A DNA stretch of 40,374 bases, taken from the NCBI GenBank assembly GCA_043804695.1, contig JAZDIV010000022.1, positions 1 to 40,374 of the forward strand, read 5' to 3'. This document shows, one piece after another, positions 25,457 through 35,511 of the stretch. Numbering within the stretch: position 1 is the first letter of the stretch; every line of letters starts with the position of its first letter. The notes beneath the pieces are model-generated. The model ran no database searches. It worked only from the letters and a program-made list of their open reading frames with translations, and was not told the DNA's origin. The position numbers and the translations under genes were made by a program. This stretch comes from PVC group bacterium. Lineage in GTDB: Bacteria; Auribacterota; Erginobacteria; Erginobacterales; Erginobacteraceae.

Positions 25457-26617
25457 TTATTTCTTAACCGTTTTTAAAGAATCTCGGATGGCCCTGGCCA
25501 CGTCCCGGACGTCCTCCTCGATCATGGCCGGGAAGAGCGGGAGAGAGAAGAGGCGGTCGCCGACCCACTCCGTCTCCGGGAGAAGTCCCCTCCGGTATCC
25601 CGCCGTCTTCCGGTAGTACTCCTGGGTGTGAATCGGCCGGAAGTGGATCCCGGTCCCGATGTTCCGCTTCTTCAGTTCCTCGAGGAACTGGTCCCGGGTC
25701 ACGGTCAGGCGGTCGATGTCCAGGAGCACGATGCAGAGATGACAGCTGTTCCGGTGCGGATAGGGGGGAGACTGGATGCGGGTGATCTCTCCAATGCCCG
25801 CGAGATACTGATCGTAAAGGGCCGACAGCTCCCCCCGTTTTTTGTTCAGTTCTTCCACCCGCGCCAGCTGGGTCAGCCCGAGAGAGGACTGGATGTCGGT
25901 CAGGTTGTACTTGAGGCCGGGGGTGATGATCTCCACCTGGGCCTTCCCGTTCCGGCTGTAGCGCTGCCAGGCGTCCCTGGACAGCCCGTGGAACTTCAAA
26001 ATCCTGACCGTGTTCGCCAGCTTCTCGTCGTCGGTGACGACCATGCCGCCTTCGCCGGTGGTGATGTTCTTGATCGGATGGAAGCTAAAAACAGCGGTGC
26101 CGGTGGTGCCGACCAGCGCTCCCCGGTAGCGGGTGCCGAGGGCGTGGGCGGCGTCTTCAATCAGGATCAGGTCCCGGGCGGCGGCCATCTCCCGGAAGGG
26201 ATCGAGATCGATCGGGGCGCCCGCGAAGTGAACCGGGATGACGGCCCGGGTCCGGCCGGTCAGGACGTTCCGGACCGACTCCGGGGTCACCATCAGGGTC
26301 CGCCGGTCGATGTCCGCGAAGACCGGCTTCAGGCCCAGGAGGGTGAGCAGGTTGACGGTGGAGCCCCAGGTCATGGAGGGGGTGACGACCTCATCCCCGG
26401 GATTGAGCCCCAGGGCCATCAGCACCAGGTGCATCCCGGCGGTGGCGGAGGTCAGGGAGACGGCGTATCGGGCTCCCAGGTAATCCAGGAACGCTTTCTC
26501 GAAGGCGGCGGTTTTTGGCCCGGTGGTGATCCAGCCGGATTTCAGGACTGCGACCACCCCGTCGATGTCATCCTGGTTGATCGCGGGCTGCGAGAAGGGC
26601 AGGAAGGTTTCCCTCAT
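25457..26617 (-). CDS. arnB: UDP-L-Ara4O aminotransferase (DegT/DnrJ family)
   Basis: FLPFSQP, SGWITTGPK, SATAGMH, EDAAHALG, SFHPIKNITTGEGG, KYNLTDI; start placed at ATG 26617 (ORF extends to 26758). Confidence 0.9.
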   Translation of the reverse strand: MRETFLPFSQPAINQDDIDGVVAVLKSGWITTGPKTAAFEKAFLDYLGARYAVSLTSATAGMHLVLMALGLNPGDEVVTPSMTWGSTVNLLTLLGLKPVFADIDRRTLMVTPESVRNVLTGRTRAVIPVHFAGAPIDLDPFREMAAARDLILIEDAAHALGTRYRGALVGTTGTAVFSFHPIKNITTGEGGMVVTDDEKLANTVRILKFHGLSRDAWQRYSRNGKAQVEIITPGLKYNLTDIQSSLGLTQLARVEELNKKRGELSALYDQYLAGIGEITRIQSPPYPHRNSCHLCIVLLDIDRLTVTRDQFLEELKKRNIGTGIHFRPIHTQEYYRKTAGYRRGLLPETEWVGDRLFSLPLFPAMIEEDVRDVARAIRDSLKTVKK

Positions 26618-26754
26618 TTCATTTTTCTCCGGCTCATCTTCCTCCGGAAGATGAGCCGGAGAAAAATGATTGTTGATGCCGCTGACAAATTTTTCCTTCT
26701 TGACCATCGTGTCCTTCGCGGTTAAAAAAGTTGCGGAGCTCTGTTCTTCACCAG

Positions 26755-28437
26755 TCATTCGGAATTCATGCCGGGGGTATCGGGCGCTCCGGTAATCAGG
26801 AGCAGGCGCCGGTTTTTCCCCATCTGTTCTTCGGCCTGAATCCGGTAACGGGCGGGGGGCATCCCTTCAGGAGGGAACTCGCTCTCTTTCTTCAAGAGAA
26901 CGATAACCGCTTCGTATTCCTCATCCCGGCCGTTGAGAATCTTCGATAACCGGCCCAGATTTTTCTCAGGCTGTACCTTATCACGCAGTTCGATCAGGGT
27001 CAACCCGGTATAGTAGGAAAAGACCGCCCGGGTGGTCTCGTCGGTCTGCCATCCGCCGACCCGACCGCGCTGCTCCGGGGTTATCGCCGCGGCCAGGCGC
27101 CTGGTAGCCGGCTCGTAATTCTTTTCGACGTCGATCAGCGGAAAGGCGGCGAAGACGACGGTCAGGTAGAAAACTGCCCCGGCGGAGAGGACCCGGGTCA
27201 GGAGGTTCTTTTTACAGCGGAAAAGGGAGTACGTCCCGATCGCCGCCAGAAGGAGGACAGCGGGCTTGAGGCTGAATGCCAGCCCGATTTTATCCCCGGT
27301 CAGATCCGGAGAAATAAAAGCCAGAAGAACTGCCGGAAGGATCAGAACCGGGCAGAGAAACCGGTAGATCACCTTCACCCAGGGAGGGGTTTTGTTTAAA
27401 GAGAATAAGGACAGAACCGCGAAAGCGGGGAGAAGGGGGTAAAGATAAATATCGCGCTTGGTGCCGGCCAGGGAAAGGAGGACCAGCCCGCCGACAGCCC
27501 AGGCGAGGGATATCTGAAGCAGCGCCCGTTCTCCCGGTTCACGTCTCCCGAGTCTTTCGCCCCGGCGGCGGATGAAGCCGCCGAGAAGAAGCGGCGTCCA
27601 GGGTAGGAGCAGGACGGGAGCGATGCCCAGGTAATAGAACGGGCCCTTGATGTGGGAATGGGTGGTCTGACCGGAGAACCGCCCGATGTTGTTGTTGATG
27701 AACCACTCTTGCCACAGCGCGGGACCGCCCCGGGCGTGAAAGGCCGCCGCCCAGGCGAGCCCGGGCCCGAGCAGGAGGACGATACCCGCCAGGTGAAGCA
27801 GGGGCTTGCCGATCACCTTCCTCCGGTGAAGAGTCAGAAGCAGGCACCCGGGAACAGCCAGAAGGCCCCAGGCCACGAACCCCTTGGTGAGAAAAGCCAG
27901 GCCGGCGGCGAGGTAGGCACCCAGGATGATCAGAGGGCGGTCCCGATCCAGACCCTGGAAGAAGAAAAGAACGGCAGCGGAGATCAGGAGCATCAGGAGG
28001 GGGTCGATCAGGATCCAGTGTGACGCCATGAAGAAACCGGCCGTGGTTACCAGGATGAGCGCCCCCGACCGGGCGCGCCGCCGATCGAGGCACTCTTTCA
28101 TCACCATCCAGAGGAGGAGGGCGGTCACTGCACCGCAGAGCGCCGAGAATGCCCGGGCCGCCGCCGTGGTTCCGATCATCTTCCCCGCCGTCAGCATCAT
28201 CAGGGCGGAGAGCCAGTAATAGAGCGGCGGCTTTTCGACGAAGGGTTTCCCGGCCAGATAGGGAACCGCGCAGGACCGGCCCTCCGCCCCGCCCCGGATG
28301 ACCCCGGCCATCTCGCGGGCGATCTCCGCCTCCCGCGGTTCGTCGGCGGTCCAGAGGGCGTGGCCGGCGATGCCGCAGACCAGCGTAGCCAGGCAGAGCA
28401 GTGTCACCCACCAGGGGATTGTGTGTTCATTTTTCAT
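26755..28437 (-). CDS. arnT: ArnT-like (GT-C) aminoarabinose transferase, paralog 1
   Basis: DEPREAEIARE, FVEKPPLYYW, AFLTKG, PFYYL, LLPW, KRDIYLYPLLPA. Confidence 0.8.
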   Translation of the reverse strand: MKNEHTIPWWVTLLCLATLVCGIAGHALWTADEPREAEIAREMAGVIRGGAEGRSCAVPYLAGKPFVEKPPLYYWLSALMMLTAGKMIGTTAAARAFSALCGAVTALLLWMVMKECLDRRRARSGALILVTTAGFFMASHWILIDPLLMLLISAAVLFFFQGLDRDRPLIILGAYLAAGLAFLTKGFVAWGLLAVPGCLLLTLHRRKVIGKPLLHLAGIVLLLGPGLAWAAAFHARGGPALWQEWFINNNIGRFSGQTTHSHIKGPFYYLGIAPVLLLPWTPLLLGGFIRRRGERLGRREPGERALLQISLAWAVGGLVLLSLAGTKRDIYLYPLLPAFAVLSLFSLNKTPPWVKVIYRFLCPVLILPAVLLAFISPDLTGDKIGLAFSLKPAVLLLAAIGTYSLFRCKKNLLTRVLSAGAVFYLTVVFAAFPLIDVEKNYEPATRRLAAAITPEQRGRVGGWQTDETTRAVFSYYTGLTLIELRDKVQPEKNLGRLSKILNGRDEEYEAVIVLLKKESEFPPEGMPPARYRIQAEEQMGKNRRLLLITGAPDTPGMNSE

Positions 28438-28639
28438 GTATTTTCAATATCCGCGCGCTCGGTTCGGTGCTTTTTCAAGCTCATCAGACGGATCGGACTG
28501 ATCGGACGGATTATTTTTCCTCCAGCCCTAACCTCAGGCACTATAGCTCATTATAGGCACTTTTCTGTTGGAAATTTGATGTTCGATGTTCATCTTTTTA
28601 TTATCTAATTCTTCTCCTCCAAGCCCCATTCCCCAATCC

Positions 28640-30247
28640 CTATTCCCCACAAATCAGGTAAAACACCCTCCTGGGCCCTTTCCGTGCCCGGGCTACCACC
28701 CGGAAATCCGGGCCGGCGGGATTCGCATCCGTGAATTCATTCAGCCGGGGGACGACGATCAGATCGAACTCCGGGTCTTCCCCCCGGAGAATGGCGGAGA
28801 CACGTTCCGGATCTTCCACTATCGGGAGAATAATGCCGGCATAGTAGGAGAAGACGCCCTGGGTCGCTTCATCCTCGCCCCAGACACAGACCCTCTCCCG
28901 CGACTCTTCCGGAATGGCCGCGGCCAGAGTCTCCGTCATTTCCCGGTAACTCCAGACCTTGTTTAACACCGGGAGCGCTGCCAGGGCAGCCGCGATGTAG
29001 AAGCAGGCGGCCACTGCGGCGGTCCGGGCGACCGGCTGTCTTTTCAGAAAAAGAAACGAGAAGACCCCGGCCAGGGCCAGAAGAAGCACCGGAGGATTGA
29101 TCCCCGGTCCCCGGGCGAGTTCCCCTTCCTGCCAGTCGATTATGTAGAAGGAGAAGACAACCAGGACCAGGAGGAAGATGGCGCAGAGAACCTGGAGGCA
29201 GACGGTGCTCCAGCGGGGCAAAACATCGATCCCGGCGGCGATCATGAGCGCGAAGGCGGGAAGGAGCGGGTACGCATAGACCTCCCGCTTGGTCCCGGAT
29301 AGGGAGAGGATGAGGAGTCCTCCCAGTCCCCAGGCGATTGAGAGGAGAAGCAGGGTATTTCTTTTTCCCCCCCGGTTGAGTACGGAGCGCCATCCTCCGG
29401 CGGCGATCGCACCGATCAGGGCGGGTGTCCAGGGCAGGCAGATCAGGGGGGCCAGCCAGAGATAGTAGAAAGGGCCCTTGATATGTCCCAGGTGGGCCGA
29501 ATGCCCGGAAAAGCGCCCGATCTGGTTATCGATGAGCCATTCCCGCCACAGCTCCGCGCCGCCCTGCTGATAAAAGGCCGTCATCCAGGCTCCCGGCAGC
29601 CCCAGGAGGAGGATGAATCCGGCCAGGTGCAGGAAAGGGCGGCGGATGATCCGTGAAAAATAGATAATCGCCAGCGCCCCCCAGGGGAAGAGGAGAAGGG
29701 CCCAGGCGACGAACCCCTTGGTGAGAAACGCCAATCCCCCGGCCAGGTATCCTCCCAGGATCAAACCGGGACGGTTTTCGTCCAGCCCCCGGAAGAGAAA
29801 GAGGACGGCCGTGGAGACGAGGAGCATCAGGAGCGGGTCGATCAGGATCCAGTGGCTGGCCTGGACAAAGCCGACCATGGTGGCCAGGATCAGGGCGGCC
29901 GCAGTTCCCCGGTATCGCCCCCAGAAGCGCCGGGAGACCGACCAAACGATCAGGAGAGTGAGGGCGGCGCAGAGAGCGGAAGCGGCTCTTGCCGCCGCGG
30001 TGGGGCCGGTTATGACGCCCAGGGTGCGGATCATGAGGGCCGAGAACCAGTAATAGAGGGGGGGCTTTTCGACGAAGGGACTTCCGCCCAGGCGCGGGAT
30101 GAGAAACGTGCCGCCATCGGCGATGGTTTTGGCGATGGCCGCTTCCCGGGGTTCATCCGGTGTCCAGGGTTCGTGGCCGGAGATCCCGACCGCCAGTGTC
30201 GCCAGGCAGATCAGCGCCACCCACCAGGGAATCGTCTTTTCGTTCAT
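28640..30247 (-). CDS. arnT: ArnT-like transferase, paralog 2
   Basis: Same motifs as paralog 1 and a clearly homologous N-terminus (TIPWWV...CLATL). Confidence 0.8.
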   Translation of the reverse strand: MNEKTIPWWVALICLATLAVGISGHEPWTPDEPREAAIAKTIADGGTFLIPRLGGSPFVEKPPLYYWFSALMIRTLGVITGPTAAARAASALCAALTLLIVWSVSRRFWGRYRGTAAALILATMVGFVQASHWILIDPLLMLLVSTAVLFLFRGLDENRPGLILGGYLAGGLAFLTKGFVAWALLLFPWGALAIIYFSRIIRRPFLHLAGFILLLGLPGAWMTAFYQQGGAELWREWLIDNQIGRFSGHSAHLGHIKGPFYYLWLAPLICLPWTPALIGAIAAGGWRSVLNRGGKRNTLLLLSIAWGLGGLLILSLSGTKREVYAYPLLPAFALMIAAGIDVLPRWSTVCLQVLCAIFLLVLVVFSFYIIDWQEGELARGPGINPPVLLLALAGVFSFLFLKRQPVARTAAVAACFYIAAALAALPVLNKVWSYREMTETLAAAIPEESRERVCVWGEDEATQGVFSYYAGIILPIVEDPERVSAILRGEDPEFDLIVVPRLNEFTDANPAGPDFRVVARARKGPRRVFYLICGE

Positions 30248-30292
30248 TTGATTATTGGACAGCCCCTTGAATGCTGAAGACTCGATATCCTT

Positions 30293-30826
30293 TCATTCAC
30301 ATTTCCCCAGCCTGTCCAGGTTATCGCTCACTTCCGCCCAATCTTCATTTCTCCACATCTCCCGGCAGATCGGGTGAATGTCGGCCTGGCGATAAACGGG
30401 AAGATCGCTGTCGTTCCCAAACCCGCACAGAATCTCGTATCTTTCTTGAATTTTCCGGATCTCCCGGAGTTTATAGTCAGGGATATCTCCCTGCTCGGGT
30501 TGCATGTGGATAACCCGCCCCGCGGTAGGGAATCCGTGTTTTTCCAGCCAGGCAACGGTCCTGGGCAGCTTGCTGGCATACCGCCCGCTCAGGTAAAAGA
30601 CGGTGATGCCCCCTTCCTCGATCCTGCGCAAAACATCTGTCGCCGCCGGAAGGGGGACTTTGTGTGACGTGTGCCGCTGATAATTACCGTCGGTGATTGT
30701 TTTATCGATATCGACGATGCAGGCCGGAAGTTTTTCGTCCCGGGCGGCCGGATCATCACCCCCGCAGCCTGCCCCCAGGAGCGCCCCGAACAATACCAAC
30801 AGGATTGGTTGCGAAGGCACCTTCAT
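30293..30826 (-). CDS. Predicted lipoprotein HAD phosphatase, LNS2-like
   Basis: Lipobox-like LLGAGC; IVDIDKT (DxDxT), YLSGR, DYK, GFGNDSD. Confidence 0.75.
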   Translation of the reverse strand: MKVPSQPILLVLFGALLGAGCGGDDPAARDEKLPACIVDIDKTITDGNYQRHTSHKVPLPAATDVLRRIEEGGITVFYLSGRYASKLPRTVAWLEKHGFPTAGRVIHMQPEQGDIPDYKLREIRKIQERYEILCGFGNDSDLPVYRQADIHPICREMWRNEDWAEVSDNLDRLGKCE

Positions 30827-30831
30827 GATTA

Positions 30832-31041
30832 TTAATCATCTGTCCCCGAAATCAATAGATAATCCCTTTCTTCCGCGTTGCCCCCGGCCAAAACTCTCCA
30901 GGGATGGAGTTCGCCCGCTGCCGGGAGGAGGTGCTCTCTTCGGATGATAACCAGCCCGAGGGAGCGCCCCCCGATCCCCCGCGCCGGCGCGGCCAGGCAG
31001 AGGAGGAGGGCAACTACACGGGTTATTTTTTCTTTTTTCAT
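30832..31041 (-). pseudogene. Short ORF with a signal peptide, probable remnant of an exported protein
   Basis: MKKEKITRVVALLLCLAAPARG looks like a signal peptide; the remainder is unrecognisable. Confidence 0.35.
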
Positions 31042-31131
31042 ATTTTACAAAATGGAGATCAATTTAAAGTATGATCAGCCATTTGGGGGGATAAAAGCCG
31101 TATCAGCGTTTTGTTTTTGGACGTTGGAAGT

Positions 31132-32403
31132 TCATTTTTTCACGTTCAGCCAGTTCTCCACCTTCTCCGGCGGGATCCGCTCCATCCGGTAGATCAGGCG
31201 CCGCCTGCCGTCCCGGATGTCGGGGGGATAAAACTCCCAGACCACATCTCCCGAAGGCGTGACCTCGAAGACCCGGCCCCGCTCGGACTCGCAGATCAGG
31301 GTGTTGCCGTTGGGGAGGCGTTGATTCGATCCCCGGGTCTTTGAATAGAACGCCTCGGGGGGATCACCCCGGTATTCCCAGACGATCTCTCCGGAAACCG
31401 GATCGAGTTCCAGCACCCGGGAGTACGTCCGGTGGGCGCCGTTGTCATAGACCAGGATAGTGCCGTTGTCGAGCAGGGTCGGCATGTGAGGCCAGTCGAG
31501 GATCCCGGGCCCCCAGCTCCAGGCGATCTCCCCGCTCTCCCTGTCGAGGATCAGGATCATATCCACGTGCCGGAGGCAGGTGAGGATGTTCCCGGCCGCG
31601 AACCGCGGGTCGCGTTTCCCGAGCCCGGTTTCGGGGAGAACCTCCACGGTATTCAGATGGTAGTAGTCGTATTTGTCCAGGCCGACGATCGCCCGGAACC
31701 ACTTGTCGATCTCGTGGACACGGGCCGAGAGCCCCCGGATTCTCCGGAAGTAGAATCTCTTCAGGGCCGACGAGATGCCGGTGATGTCCGGCTCGGTGTC
31801 AAGCTTGAGGGGCCGATGAAGGCGGCGGAGGCGGTCAAAGCTGGAGAACGACGACCACTCTCCCTCGATCTCGCCCTGCCCGGACAGGCGGAGGATCGAG
31901 TCGAACTGGACCAGCCGCGACCGGTAGAGTCGGGGATCGGTCCCGATCGGAACCAGGATGGTCCCGTTGGCGTCGACCGCGATGTCGTGATGGACTTGGT
32001 ACGGCCGGGACCAGATGACCTTTGAATCCCGGTCGAGTTTGACGATCTGTTCCCCGTTGCAGTTGGCAAGGATCTCCCCCTTCCCCAGATACTCAACATG
32101 CTCCCACTCGGGATTGTCGGTGGGGAAATCCCAGCGCTGGACGGCCTGTCCCTCCATGTCAATCAGGTAGGCGTGCTTTTCATCAGTGTAGAGATTATAA
32201 CCTTCGAAGGCCTTTTCCGGGATGTGGACGGTGACACCGGTCAGGGAGGTATCGGCCGGATGGGAAGAAACCGAGATATAAGGGAGTGCGCGGAGATTGC
32301 GCAGGTTATTGTCCGTCCGTTTTTCTGCCGGCCGCAGGAAGAGATACCAGAACGATCCTCCCAGTATGGCCGAGACCAGAACGGTCATCAGCAGCTTTTT
32401 CAT
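31132..32403 (-). CDS. Arylsulfotransferase (ASST)-family beta-propeller protein
   Basis: N-terminal anchor, EGYNLY, VHHDI, YYHLNTV, WPHMP, YDNG, QRLPNGNTLICE, GRVFEVTPSGDVVWEF. Confidence 0.85.
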   Translation of the reverse strand: MKKLLMTVLVSAILGGSFWYLFLRPAEKRTDNNLRNLRALPYISVSSHPADTSLTGVTVHIPEKAFEGYNLYTDEKHAYLIDMEGQAVQRWDFPTDNPEWEHVEYLGKGEILANCNGEQIVKLDRDSKVIWSRPYQVHHDIAVDANGTILVPIGTDPRLYRSRLVQFDSILRLSGQGEIEGEWSSFSSFDRLRRLHRPLKLDTEPDITGISSALKRFYFRRIRGLSARVHEIDKWFRAIVGLDKYDYYHLNTVEVLPETGLGKRDPRFAAGNILTCLRHVDMILILDRESGEIAWSWGPGILDWPHMPTLLDNGTILVYDNGAHRTYSRVLELDPVSGEIVWEYRGDPPEAFYSKTRGSNQRLPNGNTLICESERGRVFEVTPSGDVVWEFYPPDIRDGRRRLIYRMERIPPEKVENWLNVKK

Positions 32404-32407
32404 TTTT

Positions 32408-33103
32408 TCATTCTTCCGGTTCGGGCCGGAACCCGCGGCGAAAGATCAGTCCGCAAAGGTAGACCAGGAAGATATAATACACAATTACCTCCCGGAACTC
32501 GGCGGTATTTGACCGAAGCGCGCCGTCCATCCCCAGGCCCATTATATTGAAAGCCTTGGCGGACCGGGAAGCCATGAGCATTATCCCCATGGTCAGGATG
32601 CACAGGGGGTCCGGCCGGAGATAACGGACCATCCGGTTCCCGCTCTTCCAGGTGATGAGCGGAAAGAGCACAAAAAAGGCGATCATCCCGATGTCCAGGG
32701 TCTGCTTGAATACCTGGTTGATGTTGCCGCGGTTATGAATGTTCAGGTCCGTGTTTGTATCCTTTCCCCGATCGTTAACCGGGTCGCCGATCAGGTATCG
32801 ATAATGGTGCCGTCCGTAATCGATCTCCTCCAGGAGAATGAACACCCCCCCGAGCAGGACCAGGATGAGCAGCGCTTTTTCGAAGGGGAGCCGTTTCCGG
32901 GACAGACCATAGGCCGCCAGGGCGATGATCGCCAGGAGAAAAAGATTCTGAAGATTTTCCAGCCCGCCGTATTCACGGTTTGTCCGGGGGGCGATCAGCT
33001 CCTGGATCCGGACGTTTCCGGAAAAGTACCCGCCGATGAAGATGCCGGCCAGCAACACCGGAATGATCAGATAGATCAGCAGTTTCAGGAGGTAATTGCG
33101 CAT
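32408..33103 (-). CDS. Hypothetical membrane protein with conserved-looking acidic and His motifs
   Basis: About 6 TM segments; EYGGLENLQ, LEEIDYG, LNIHN, EFRE; start placed at ATG 33103. Confidence 0.7.
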   Translation of the reverse strand: MRNYLLKLLIYLIIPVLLAGIFIGGYFSGNVRIQELIAPRTNREYGGLENLQNLFLLAIIALAAYGLSRKRLPFEKALLILVLLGGVFILLEEIDYGRHHYRYLIGDPVNDRGKDTNTDLNIHNRGNINQVFKQTLDIGMIAFFVLFPLITWKSGNRMVRYLRPDPLCILTMGIMLMASRSAKAFNIMGLGMDGALRSNTAEFREVIVYYIFLVYLCGLIFRRGFRPEPEE

Positions 33104-33111
33104 TCGTAAAA

Positions 33112-34521
33112 TCACGGCGGGTTTGATATCAGGACCAGGGCCGCCGGTGTCCCGGGCCCGGTGACCATTTGCACCTGCATCGATTGGATAAGATTTTTTA
33201 ATATTGGATCCCTTAAAGAAGCCTCATAGATCCAGGGGCTCATTATGACGTAAACCTTCGCCGGCCCGGAAAGGGTTTTTATCAGGTCTTCCAGCCGGTC
33301 GATCTCCGGCGTGGTCCGTTTTCCGTGAAAGGGGATGGTTCCCCGGATGTCATCATGAGGGCGATAGAGATGGAGCGCTGCCCGGCCGACTGTCTTCCAG
33401 ATATCGGGGGCAAGCTCGAAACAGCTTTGAATCCGCTGGCGGTGGATAAGCGGATAGATGACCGGTGAATGGCTGATCATGGTGACGCTGAGCAGGATGG
33501 CCAGGGCGACGTAGAGACTCTCTCCCCGCCGTCCCCGTCTCAGAAATAAAATCAGCAGGGCCAGTAAAGCCGCGATCGTGGCCGCCGAGATCGCTATAAA
33601 AGCTGCCCGGTTGAGGCCGGACGAGAAGAAGGTCAGGAGAGCCAGCGGGAAGACGATCCCCGGCCACCAGCCGCCCCTTCCGGGCTCCGCGGCCCGGCCG
33701 GCGACCGTCCGGTCCAACCAGTCGCCGATCAAGATCGCCATCCCGGCGTAGGAAGGAATGATGTAGGTAACCTCTTTCTGGGCAGCGAACGAGAAGGCAA
33801 GCATAGGAAGAAATGACCAGAGGAGGAGAAATCGGAAGACCGGGCGCTCCGGGCGTTCCTCCCGTCTCCACAATGAACGCAGCCCCGTCCAGGCGGCGAA
33901 GGGGAGTATGAAGAGCCAGACCCCTAGGATATCCGGGAGGCGCTGAAGATAGAAATACCGGGGCCACGGCACCCCGACATCGGTATGATAAAACCGGGTG
34001 TCAGGAAGATGGTACTGGACCTGGAGAAATCTCCCGAGGTAATTATTCACGAAATGCTCGTGGAGATAGGGAATCCCCCCCTCCCGGTAATTGAGGAACA
34101 GCCAGGCACCCACCGGGACGGCAAAAATCAGCAGGGGAGCCGGGGAAAGGATCTCCCTGATCGGCGCCCACCGCCGCTCCAGGAGGCAGAATGCCCCGAT
34201 GATGAGGGGGATGGTGACGACACCCGCAGCACCTTTGGTGAGGAAAGCGGCCGCCGTGAAGAGGGCAAAAGGATAGAGAAAGGCCCTGATTTTCCGGGCC
34301 TCTGACGGAAAAATCTCCGCCCGGGCGAAACAGGTCAGGGCTCCGACAACCATCGCTCCGACCCCGATATCGACGATGATCCAGTGGCCGTCGACGAGCG
34401 TCTCCCGGGCGATCTCCGCCACCCGGGGCTCATCCGGTCCCCGGAGATGAACATTTCGGATCCCGGTGGCCATCGCCGTGCCCACCACCACAATCATGAA
34501 GATGGAATAAACCCGGTTCAA
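33112..34521 (-). CDS. ArnT-like transferase, paralog 3, with an in-frame internal deletion (possibly inactive)
   Basis: DEPRVAEIARE, AFLTKG and KEVTYIIPS are present, but the EKPPLYYW block and the helices after it are missing. Confidence 0.75.
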   Translation of the reverse strand: MNRVYSIFMIVVVGTAMATGIRNVHLRGPDEPRVAEIARETLVDGHWIIVDIGVGAMVVGALTCFARAEIFPSEARKIRAFLYPFALFTAAAFLTKGAAGVVTIPLIIGAFCLLERRWAPIREILSPAPLLIFAVPVGAWLFLNYREGGIPYLHEHFVNNYLGRFLQVQYHLPDTRFYHTDVGVPWPRYFYLQRLPDILGVWLFILPFAAWTGLRSLWRREERPERPVFRFLLLWSFLPMLAFSFAAQKEVTYIIPSYAGMAILIGDWLDRTVAGRAAEPGRGGWWPGIVFPLALLTFFSSGLNRAAFIAISAATIAALLALLILFLRRGRRGESLYVALAILLSVTMISHSPVIYPLIHRQRIQSCFELAPDIWKTVGRAALHLYRPHDDIRGTIPFHGKRTTPEIDRLEDLIKTLSGPAKVYVIMSPWIYEASLRDPILKNLIQSMQVQMVTGPGTPAALVLISNPP

Positions 34522-34712
34522 ATTAGCTCCCGCAGCCTACCCCGATAAAATCTGAGGTCGATAATTTGTTTTTAAATAAAGACCATTATAGTTCCATTGA
34601 GGCAATACCGAAAACTTAAAGTCATTCTGCAATATTGCTTCAATGCTTGCACATTCTTATTTTTTCGCAGGAAAAATAAGATTATAATAAAGTTTTCCGG
34701 AGGAAAATTGTA

Positions 34713-35471
34713 GTGGAGAAAATCACCGCCATCATCACCTGCTGCAACCGGGAAGAGGAGATCGAACAGTGCCTGACGAGCGTGCGCTGGGTGGACGAAC
34801 TGATCGCGGTCGACTCCGGGAGCACCGACCGGACCGTGGAGCGGGCCGGTAAGTACGCCGACCGGATACTCCAACATGAGTATCACTCGGCGTCCGCCCA
34901 AAGAAACTGGGCCATCCCCCGAGCCTCCCACCCCTGGATCCTGATCATCGACTCGGACGAAGTGATGCCGCCAGCCCTTCGCGATGAGATCCGGGAGGAG
35001 CTGAAAAACCCCCGCTCCGGCAAGTACCGGGTCTTCCGGCGGGGTATTTTTCTGGGCCGGGAGATGAAGCACGGAGGATGGCATCGGGATCAGAACAACA
35101 TCCTCTTCCGGGGAGACAGGTACTGCTTCAGTGACGACGAGGTGCACCCCGTCCTGCTCCCCGATGACACGCCGGGGTTGTTCAAGAACCGTCTCGATCA
35201 CTATACGCATAGATCGATCGATGAGTTCGCCGATAAGGCCCACCGGTACGCGACCTGGGGCGCCCGCAAGTACTTCCGGCAGCGCCGGAAAGGGAGAGCC
35301 GCCAATATCTTCTTCCATCCGCTCTACAACTTCTGCCGGAACTATTTTATCCGTCTGGGATTTCTGGACGGCGCCCGCGGCCTGCTCTCGGCCCTCCTCT
35401 CCTCTTACTACGTGGCCGAGAAGCACGCGAAGTTGTGGGAGTTAACCCGATTTAAGGATAAATCGGGTTAG
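34713..35471 (+). CDS. GT2 glycosyltransferase, WaaE/KdtX-like
   Basis: VDSGSTDRT, AQRNWA, IDSDE, VH, HYT, LGFLDG. Confidence 0.9.
   Translation: MEKITAIITCCNREEEIEQCLTSVRWVDELIAVDSGSTDRTVERAGKYADRILQHEYHSASAQRNWAIPRASHPWILIIDSDEVMPPALRDEIREELKNPRSGKYRVFRRGIFLGREMKHGGWHRDQNNILFRGDRYCFSDDEVHPVLLPDDTPGLFKNRLDHYTHRSIDEFADKAHRYATWGARKYFRQRRKGRAANIFFHPLYNFCRNYFIRLGFLDGARGLLSALLSSYYVAEKHAKLWELTRFKDKSG
35443..35470. repeat. Family D palindrome forming the GT2 gene 3' end
   Basis: taacccgattta-agga-taaatcgggtta. Confidence 0.85.
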
Positions 35472-35511
35472 TTTTGAACAATGACGGAACTGATATTGAT
35501 ATCAACTAACT

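Noticed and set aside
26618..26758. N-terminal extensions in the ORF track for arnB, arnD, DUF39, NIL-ferredoxin and the antitoxin
   Set aside because: Family similarity begins at downstream ATGs, and some extensions translate intergenic repeats
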